64,000 bases of DNA from Octopus sinensis (taxonomy: Eukaryota): the NCBI RefSeq assembly GCF_006345805.1, contig NC_043009.1, forward strand, positions 10,664,001 to 10,728,000. Direction: 5' to 3'. Made by a program: the position numbers and the translations under genes. Below the pieces are notes generated by a model. It saw nothing but the letters and a program-made list of their open reading frames with translations. It did no database searches and had not been told where the DNA came from. Shown one piece after another: positions 53,810 to 64,000 of this stretch. Every line of letters begins with the position of its first letter. Positions within the stretch are counted from its first letter, which is position 1.

Positions 53810-54165
53810 TATATTCTTTCTTACTCTAGGCACAAGGCCTGAAATTTTTGTAGAGGTAGGGCCAGTCGATTAGATAGACCCGAGTATGGACCCCAGAAGA
53901 ATGAAAGGCAAAATCGACCTCGGCAGAGTTTGAACTCAGACGAAATACCTATTTCTCTACTGCCCACAAGGGGCTACACAAAGAGGTGACAAACAAGGAG
54001 AGACAAACGGATTAAGTCGATTATATCGACCCCAGTGCGTAACTGATACTTATTTAATCGACCCCGAAAGGATGAAAGGCAAAGTCGACCTCGGCGGAAT
54101 TTGAACTCAGAATGTAACGGCAGACGAAATACGGCTATGCATTTCGTCCGGCGTGCTAACCGCCT
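53810..54165 (-). mobile_element. Dimeric SINE family D (head-core-tailA-core-tailB) with 12-bp TSD
   Basis: tattccgacgtt at 53798-53809 and 54166-54177 flanks the whole dimer. Confidence 0.85.
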
Positions 54166-54763
54166 TATTCCGACGTTAAAATTCACTTTGAGATGATTAA
54201 CAAATAACTGAAGACAGCAGAAGAAAGCAATGTCAAAGCCTGACATTGATTGATTAGACGAAATCTTTTGACTGCTTTTGATCACTTGTAGAATCAAGAA
54301 ATATTAAAGACATGTAAGGCAGCTCATTAAATAGGCAAGTAGTTATAACATGCAAACAAAAATACGGAAATTTCTATAATAATACAAAAGAGAATAATAA
54401 CAATCAGTTGCGGAATATTTCAAGCGACTGGCTCCACTTCATTAATGTTCGTTCTTGAATTTACGTCATAAGTGAATATTCTAAAGGAAACTGGATGTGG
54501 ATATAGATGCTATCGAGTCACAATCAAATATCTTCTGTGTAAGATGAGTCAGTCTGTTTACTGGGGAGATCATATATCTAGACTTTCTGTTACTGTTATC
54601 TACCAAAAGTTATTGGAGGCAGGACCGTTCTTAGAAAGAAATTCTGTTGGAAAATTAGTCCAGAGAAATTTTCATTTGGCGACCCTTCAAAAAAATTTGG
54701 ACCTACACAAGAGAAAAGAAAAGAAAAAAAAAACAAGTGTTCACGCTACGATAATTACTACTT

Positions 54764-54821
<58 letters not shown>

Positions 54822-54847
54822 CGCTGCTGCTGCTGCTGCTGCTGCTG

Positions 54848-54924
<77 letters not shown>

Positions 54925-55029
54925 ACCGCTGCTGCTGCTTTTAAGTAAACAAAAGTAACTGCACGCTCACTCACACCCCTTGTCACACATTCGTATAGAA
55001 TAAATGTTAAAAATAGGGAGTAATAATGT

Positions 55030-55200
55030 GAGGATACCAGAATCGTTAGCGCAGCGGGGAAAATGCTTAACGGCATCTCGTCTATCTTTACATTCTGAGT
55101 TCAAATTCCGCCGCGGTCAACTTCGCCTTTCATACTTTCGTGGTCAGTAAAGTAAGAACCCTCCCACGAAGTTGCTGGCCTTATGCTAAAACTTGAAAGC
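55030..55200 (+). mobile_element. Degenerate SINE family D
   Basis: cagaatcgttagc head, gagttcaaattcc B box, decayed core. Confidence 0.65.
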
Positions 55201-58024
55201 GGTAATGTATGTGAGGATGGATGAGACAAAATCATAGATGTTGTACAATGAATGTAATAAAACTTAATAAACACAGAATACTTCGTTTTTGGATTTGGTT
55301 TGCAAGATTCTTTATGTGAGGTCCTGTGCTGAAGCATATTATGTTGTGTCTGGGACGAGTCATTCTCTTTTAGTACCTTAGAATTTATTACACACACCAG
55401 TAAAGTTTCCACTCATTTATTTATTTTTCCTATTGAAAATGTTGCAAGACTCAACGAAAATTTTAGGAAAAATAAATAAGTAAATGAGAGGAAACTTTAC
55501 CGGTGAGTGTGTTAAATAATAAGGCACTAAAACGGAATGACTCTCCCCAGACACACCAAAACACAGAATAAGCCTTTGTTTTCTAAATATGCTTGCAAGA
55601 ATATCTTCTACATGGGGCTCATATCAATTATCTTATCCATTGCCTCACTATTTATAATCAATAATTTTGTGTACTCCTGATGTTACCATGAAGAGGGGAG
55701 ACTCCTCTTTCTTTATTTTGGTGTTTTATTGGGGTTAACTCTACCTTTTCAAGTTCATTTTTGCATTTGTTATTTACCTTTTCTCCTATCATATTATGCA
55801 CATCGTTTAATGAAAAATATTGCCGATAAAAGAAATTTCGTTGTAGTTCTTGTTTGGGATGAGTTGGTGGTATGGTTTTCCAGTATTTTCAGTAGCGCAT
55901 GCGATGAGGAACGTGACGATGCCACTGGAATCGCTCTCTCCCGAACAAACTGTGGAAGACGGCGCTCTTGGAGTCTGGTTTCGGCAATCCTGTTGGGGGG
56001 GAATCCCTCTATTTTTTGGTGGGGGGGATCCCTTAAGTGAGTCTTGCTACCACAGCTGTAATAACTCAGCTTATTGCTCTGCGTTAGCGAGTGTATTTTT
56101 TATATCTGTTCCGTCGATTAGGTGCAGTTGCGGTATTGGATTTAATGTTGAAAGGTCATACAGATCAGAAAATCCATGGTGACCCTTCTCGATCACATGC
56201 CGTTCCACGTAACCGCCCATATTGCTCTACACAACCTATAATGAGGTAGGCACCAACATTATTTCCTATATTCCTGGATGCTATCCTTGTATTATGTTTT
56301 GTAACAATACAGGGAAAAAACTTATTGAGTAACTGCTTCGTATAAGATATTTCCGATCTCAAAGTCTCTTCTTTGGTCTACAGACATTGCTTTAGTACTT
56401 GGCCTTCTCTGTGAAGCAAAATCTTGACTATACATCTGCCAGGGCTTTCATTAATTAGTCCTTCCAACGCACAGGAAAAGTAGCCCAATACTTTGCGAGG
56501 CAAATTACGTTTAAGTTTCTCCTTGTTCACTCTCGAATAAGTTTTCCGGGAAAGGAAATAGTATCCATAAAATATAATACTCTACTGCTTTGTTTGGGAC
56601 CTTCTCTCCCCATACTTAGAATTTCAATGTTACAGGTAACATTGAAATTTGTATCCTTGTTGTACATTTCTGTCTAAACTAGGATATCTCTCTGTGAAGG
56701 CTAATATTATTGTTTTGTCTTCTTCGGTCTCCTAAATATATTAATAAGTACATGTACTAGCATACGTTTTTGTTACTATTAGTATATCGTGCAAATTGCC
56801 ATTTTAAGAATCTGTTTATGCCTTCATCTGGTGATGCTTTCTGGTGTACTGATTGTTTCAATATAAATTTTCTCTTTGTTTTTGAAAGTTTGTTTATCAT
56901 TTTCGTTGATGTTGCTAAGAAGGAGAATCACGACCACTGACTTTTTTTATTAATATCTTTCACTACTCATCTCTCTCAGAAAGAGATGTTAAATATTTAA
57001 ATTAGAAAAATAAGATGCTTTCGGACAGCAATGAATGTTGACAGACATTCGAATGTAGCATATCGGTCGCAAGATTTTGCCTGACAGTCTCTGACTTCTC
57101 CGATTTAAACTGCTCGTAATCTAGCATTTTCTAGTGCTAATTCCTTACAAACTTGCTCATTTTTCTTTGTACTAAAATAAATATTTGTAATTACTCCGAT
57201 TAACTCCTGCTTGACCAACGTGCTAATCCGATCCATGTTGGCAACGACGCACTCAGATCCCAGTAATCTGGTCTGTTTCTATATCTTACTTAATTTAATT
57301 GTGCACATCACCAACTTTAGACAACTACACAAAATTGTGAACACACTGTGATATCCCTCTTTGCTGAAGTAACGAGGTGTAAACCAAGCAGTGAGGCAGA
57401 AGACGTGTGAGTCCTGCAAGTACTTCTCACATTGATGGATGTCACATCCAAATATATTGATTGATGTCATGCAGAAAATGAGCATGCTTGAAACACCAAA
57501 AGTCATCCACGCTTTACAGAAGAGTCCTCTAATACAGCAGTGGCTGGAATTTTTAGAGAGAACATGAAAACAGGGATTCATCAGGAAGTCATGACTTATT
57601 GTTCCTACATTTTTCAGTACGATCTACTCAACAACGAAGGGTTATGGAAGTTGCATATCATTTCGTTATAGAAATGGATGAGAAACAGGAAAGCACAAAT
57701 CAGGTTTTATTTGATCCAGTTTCTGTTTGAAAGGAAACATGGTATATCGTATTCACAATTGCAAAGCAAATATCATTTTTTGTAATATTTCACCGCTATT
57801 GTTGTCGCTGACATTTTTGAAAACGTTCTGCTCCACAAGGCACTGTCGCCATTGCTGATGGAAGACCTATTGGCATATATGCCCAAGGTGATACATCATA
57901 TATTTTGTATTATATAAAAAAAAAGATCTTAACATGAAATTATTAAACACTCGCGGGGCAGAATCATCAATCGCCAAATGCAGACACAGTGTCAACATTA
58001 CTGCCAGAAGCAGAAAAAGCATAA

Positions 58025-58440
<416 letters not shown>

Positions 58441-58546
58441 TGTCCGTTTTTCTGACTGTCGGTCTGTATGTGTTTTCACCGCTAGTAGTAGAAATAGAAA
58501 AGAAATAGTTCAATGCACACCTGTTTGCAACATACAACACACACAC

Positions 58547-58586
<40 letters not shown>

Positions 58587-58770
58587 ACTCACACACACAC
58601 TCTCACACACACAAACTCACCTACATACACACACGCATACACAATGATATACATATGGCAATCCAACTTACGTTAGAGTAAAAACAAAAACCATGAGATC
58701 TAAAGTGAAGCAGCGATGTGAAACAATCATTGTGACGGCTAAATCCACAATGCTACTACTACTACTACCA

Positions 58771-58833
<63 letters not shown>

Positions 58834-59178
58834 ATAATAATAATAATAATAATAATAATTACAATAATAATAATGACGATAATGATGATGATGATGATGA
58901 TGATAGTAATAATAATAATAGCAATAATAATAATAAAAACCGATGACATTACATATGGTAATGGTTTTAACAGAGATACGATTCCTGTTTGCTTGTCATT
59001 ATGCTCGGATATGTCATCTAAATATATATCTACAGGATCAATGCGAACTTCAATATAGACAATATAGATTAATATATGGCTGTTGCTCACGAGGTATTCC
59101 ACTGAAGTCTACGTTGTTGTTACATTACATATACCTAATTCTTCTCTCTATATGTGTGCGTGTTCATATGTATATATG

Positions 59179-59268
<90 letters not shown>

Positions 59269-59774
59269 CGTGTGTGTGTTTGTGTGCACATTTATATATG
59301 TATATATATACACATACATATATATATATAACTGTATATACATACACATATATGTGTGTCTATGCACATACGTGTATATATATATGCATGTATATATATA
59401 TATATATAAATATATATATGTATGTACATAAATATATATATATACATATATATGTACACACACACACACACACACACACTCAAACACTCAAACACACATG
59501 CATGCACACATATATTTGAGAAAGTTTGTACATACGTGCAACTTCTCGTGTTACTTCTGTACAGATGCTATCGCCCACAAACAAGATCACTTACACCACA
59601 ATGCTCAATTTGTTCTTATCATTTTACTGCTCTTCTTACATCTGATTAAAAGCTTTATATCGCCATTCATTTCATGACTATTCTTTCGGATTAACTCTCT
59701 CTCTCTTTCTCACCACTCAATTCTCTCCGTATTTGTTAATTATTTCCCCCTATTTTATCTGACTGACACTCGCA

Positions 59775-60185
59775 TACTCTTTTACTCTTTTTACTCTCTT
59801 ATTTGTTTCAGTCATTTGACTGCGGCCATGCTGGAGCACCGCCTTTTAGTCGAGCAAATCAACCCTGGGACTTATTCTTTGTAAGCCTAGTACTTATTCT
59901 ATCGGTTCTTTTGCCGAACCGCTAAGTTAAGGGGACGTAAACACAACAGCATCGGTTGTCAAGCGATGTTGGCGGGACAAACACAGACACTCAAACACAC
60001 ACACGCATATATATACATATATACGACGGCTTCTTTCAGTTTCCGTCTACCAAATCCACTCACAAGTCTTTGGTCGGCCCGGGGCTATAGCAGAAGACAC
60101 TTACCCAAGGTGCCACGCAGTTGGAATGAACCCGGAACCATGTGGTTGGTAAGCAAGCTACTTACCACGCAGCCACTCCTACGCC
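59775..60185 (-). mobile_element. SINE family C, full length
   Basis: Head, core and tail motifs. Confidence 0.9.
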
Positions 60186-61289
60186 TATATACTGTCAACA
60201 TATCTTTTATTTCTCGTTTCCATTTCCCCCTTTTTATTCCCTTAGAATCAGTAGCTAAGAGACAGTTTTAGCAGGAATTTGATTGATATAGAATGGATAC
60301 CAATTATGATATAACAACAAGCTTTAAGTTAAACAAGAAACCAATTTTCAGCTGGTAGGTTCCCAGTTTAAATTACGGTCGTGGCCAAATGTGACTTCCT
60401 TTTAGTTTTTGCAAGAATTTGGCTATGTATAACGCATGGCCTTGTTGCTAAGATGGTCTACAATGCTATACGCAGTAAACGGGTTGTCCTGCCTGCCATA
60501 CCAAAGGCACACTAGAACCATCAAGTGGCCAAAACTCCGAAGTCACTGTCAATAACTTTTTTTCGTAAAAAAAAATAATATAAACGCTAAAAATTATTGA
60601 ATAATCTTTCAGTTTCATGTAAAATTGTTTAAATTATTCCTCGACATAAAAACAAACATTAATGCACACACACACGCACTATTACACACACACACACACA
60701 CACACACAACACACACGCACACGCACGCACACACACACACACTCACACACACACACACTTATATTTCAGATATCAGTGGTTATTACATAGGTCTATAGCA
60801 CTAAGTCTGAAAGAGAAAAACCAATTCACTCCAGATGGACGAACCATCAAAAGATTCTGTACTCGGTGGCACAAGTTACTAGAAATAGCAGCCATATTGT
60901 TTCTAATACCTTAAAAATTGAATGAAACGAATTCCTGTTCTAAATATGTATCGGAAAATATAGTCAATGGTTGTAGCTGGAAGGCTTTTGATCACAATTC
61001 TCGTCCAGTTCGGATTAGCTATGGAGCGAATCAACAAGAATAACAAATATAATGTTTAAAAGAATGGACAAAGAATCTAACTCAGTAGAGTGTATCTATT
61101 CTCATTTCAGGTATACTGTTCATTATAAGATAATAATTCCATAATGTGGTACATCATGTAAACACAGAAAGAGAAAAAGAGAGTGACAGGGAGAGAGAAA
61201 CATGAAATATGTTACGCATACATTGATACAAACATATATATGTATGTATATATATGTACATGTATATGTATATGTGTGTAATGTATATT

Positions 61290-61322
<33 letters not shown>

Positions 61323-61704
61323 TAATTTATATATATAATATATATAGATGATAATATAGATATATATAATATATATATATACACACATATATATATATAC
61401 ACACAAATATATTATACTATATATATAGTATATATATATAATATATATAAGTTTAACAATTAAGGATAATCTCTTAATAAGGATCTTAACAATAAATTAT
61501 CGGGTAGTATAGCGTGAAAACCTCATAAAAGAAAAGAATTCGAAAATAATTTTTTTCTTTTGAACAAATTAATTATATCTATATTGTATAGAGGGCATTT
61601 TACACATAAATGCCTCACTAGGAGGGACAAAGTCATTACTACCAAAATTATACTAATCATACCCAAATGCAGTTTTTCAAAGCAAGACATTAAAAAATGA
61701 ATTT

Positions 61705-61763
61705 AGTTCTGTATCACCGTGATTTCACATTCAACTTTACGTCTAATGATCGTCAGCAGAACT
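61705..61763 (-). ncRNA. Type I hammerhead (inverted copy)
   Basis: Reverse complement reads identically to 62112-62170. Confidence 0.75.
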
Positions 61764-62111
61764 GATTCTGAACACATCATAAATAAACTACCAACCTTAC
61801 GTAGCAAGACAGAAAAAACAGACAATGCTCACTCCGGCCAAGCACATGGAATGTTTATAAATCATATATCCGGTAAATGGCGGGCTTTTTTACGAACTGC
61901 ATGTCGGGTAATGAAAAGTATTTCGGAATAAGTTTAACAATTAAGGATAATCTCTAATAGGGATCTTAACAAGAATTATGCAGTTCGTAAAAAGCCCGCC
62001 ATTTACCGGATATATGATTTATAAACATTCCATGTGCTTGGCCGGTAGTGAGCAGTTGTCTGTTCGTCTTCGCTACGTAAGGTTGGTAGTTATTTATGAT
62101 GTGTTCAAATC

Positions 62112-62170
62112 AGTTCTGCTGACGATCATTAGACGTAAAGTTGAATGTGAAATCACGGTGATACAGAACT
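62112..62170 (+). ncRNA. Type I hammerhead ribozyme
   Basis: AGUUCUG-CUGACGA-U-CAUU-A-GAC-GUAAA-GUU-G-AAUG-U-GAAA-UCAC-G-GUGA-UA-CAGAACU; perfect 7-bp stem I. Confidence 0.78.
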
Positions 62171-62587
62171 AAATTCATTTTTTAAATGTCTTGCTTTGAA
62201 AAACTGCATTTGGGTATGATTAGTATATTTTGGTAGTAATGACTTTGTCCCTCCTAGTGTGAGGCATTTATGTGTATAATGCCCTCTATACAATATAGAT
62301 ATAATTAATTTGTTCAAAGAAAAAATTATTTTCGAATTCTTTTCTTTTATGAGGTTTTCACGCTAGCTACCCGATAATTTCTTGTTAAGATCCCTTATTA
62401 AGAGATTATCCTTAATTGTTAAACTTATTCCGAAATACTTTTCATTACCCGACATGCAGTTCGTAAAAAGCCGCCATTTACCGGATATATGATTTATAAA
62501 CATTCCATGTGCTTGGCCGGAGTGAGCAGTTGTCTGTTCGTCTTCGCTACGTAAGGTTGGTAGTTTATTTATGATGTTTTCAGAATC

Positions 62588-62646
62588 AGTTCTGCTGACG
62601 ATCATTAGACGTAAAGTTGAATGTGAAATCACGGTGATACAGAACT
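62588..62646 (+). ncRNA. Type I hammerhead (second tandem copy, 476 nt downstream)
   Basis: Identical to 62112-62170. Confidence 0.78.
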
Positions 62647-62766
62647 AATTCATTTTTTAAATGTCTTGCTTTGAAAAACTGCATTTGGGTATGATTAGTA
62701 TAATTTTGGTAGTAATGACTTTGTCCCTCCTAGTGTGAGGCATTTATGTGTAATAATGCCCTCTAT

Positions 62767-62843
<77 letters not shown>

Positions 62844-63066
62844 GTATATGTATGTATATTGAATCACACCAACATCAACAGAAGGAATACTGTTGGAACA
62901 TTACTATGTGTAACGTCTAACAGATATAAACAACATAATGGGCGGAATATCACCGTTTGGGGGCAGAGGCAATATTTTTTATCTACCGTCAAAGAAATCA
63001 GGTGTCCTACAGATGTGAATGTCTCTTGGAAACCAAAGCGAAGGCGGACAATTACTATTTTTAATT

Positions 63067-63469
63067 TTTACTCCTTTTACTTTTTTCAGTCATTTGACTG
63101 CGGCCATGCTGGAGCACCGCCTTTAGTCGAGCACATTGACTCCAGGACTTATTCTTTGTAAGCTTAGTACTTATTCTATCGGTCTCTTTGGCCGAACTGT
63201 TAAGTTACGGGGACGTAAACACACCAGCATCGGTTGTCAAGCGATGTTGGTGGGGGAACAAACACAGACACACAAACATATACACGCACATACATATACA
63301 TATATACTACGGGCTTCTTTCCGTTTCCGTCTACCAAATCCACTCACAAGGCTTTGGTTTGCCCGAGGCTATAGTAGAAGACTCTTGCCCAAGATGCCAC
63401 GCAGTGGGACTGAACCCGGAACCATGTAGTTCGTAAGCAAGCTACTTACCACACAGCCACTCCTACGCC
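63067..63469 (-). mobile_element. SINE family C, full length
   Basis: Head, core and tail motifs. Confidence 0.9.
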
Positions 63470-63755
63470 TACGGACAACTTTCAGCTACTATATCCAGAT
63501 TATAAATCCACATTTATGCTTACAATATTTGGTGTTCTTGGTTTTGTGAAGAAATGCTTAAATGTCAACTTGGATGAGCTAAGGATTGCAGAAGAGTATT
63601 CCTTATGTTGACGTTTGTGTATGATCTTCAGTAATATGTATAAATGTATCTTCATATACTTAGCATGTCTCACATTTTCTTTGTGCATTTGTTTCCGTGC
63701 GTAAGATGTACGTGAGTGTGTTTGTGTGTATGTGCACGTGCGCGTTTGTATGTGT

Positions 63756-63787
<32 letters not shown>

Positions 63788-64000
63788 TCATGTGCATGTG
63801 TGTTTGTGTGTGTGTGTGCGTGTCCATGTGCATGTGTGTTTGTGTGTATGTTTACATGAAAAAAGAAATCAACCAATTAATATTCACATTACAAATACAA
63901 TCGGTAAGTGGAGCAGTAAAAATATGCATGATATTTTCTTGCGTTTAAAATGTAACATTGTTCCGTTATCTACATGGAACAATGGAGGTCAGAATCTTTG

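Larger units (their letters stand above)
61448..62770 (+). mobile_element. Non-autonomous Penelope/retrozyme-like element: ~1.1 antisense monomers then ~1.65 sense monomers of ~476 nt, between (TA)n tracts
   Basis: 61448-61979 is the reverse complement of the sense unit; 61978-62290 repeats at ~62455-62770; three hammerheads. Confidence 0.8.

Overview
AT-rich, repeat-saturated eukaryotic DNA with one 100-N scaffold gap (40295-40394). The tRNA-derived SINE families and dense (TA)n/(CA)n/(ATCT)n microsatellites resemble an Octopus genome; that assignment is from recall, not verified. I see no supportable host gene exon, rRNA, true tRNA or CRISPR array. Nearly all ORF-track entries are microsatellite translations or transposon debris. 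The window holds about 35 SINE copies from four families, Tc1/mariner/pogo-like remnants and MITEs, a non-autonomous Helitron, a Gypsy pol fragment, and decayed CR1-, RTE-, R4/Dong- and L1/Tx1-like LINE fragments. The most interesting signal is about 12 type I hammerhead-ribozyme motifs, read by eye, in several non-coding element families, most beside (TA)n tracts. Two loci (43054-44081 and 61448-62770) are head-to-tail arrays of ~480-nt ORF-less monomers with one hammerhead each plus an inverted arm, like Penelope-type retrozymes. One family joins a tRNA-like Pol III head to a hammerhead (29379-29664, 21561-21770). One motif has a compensatory G3-C8 core (26020-26070). A fold-back insertion at 8936-9241 begins about 2 nt from the cleavage site predicted in its relative at 40487-40545. 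Coordinates were counted by hand; element edges are approximate.
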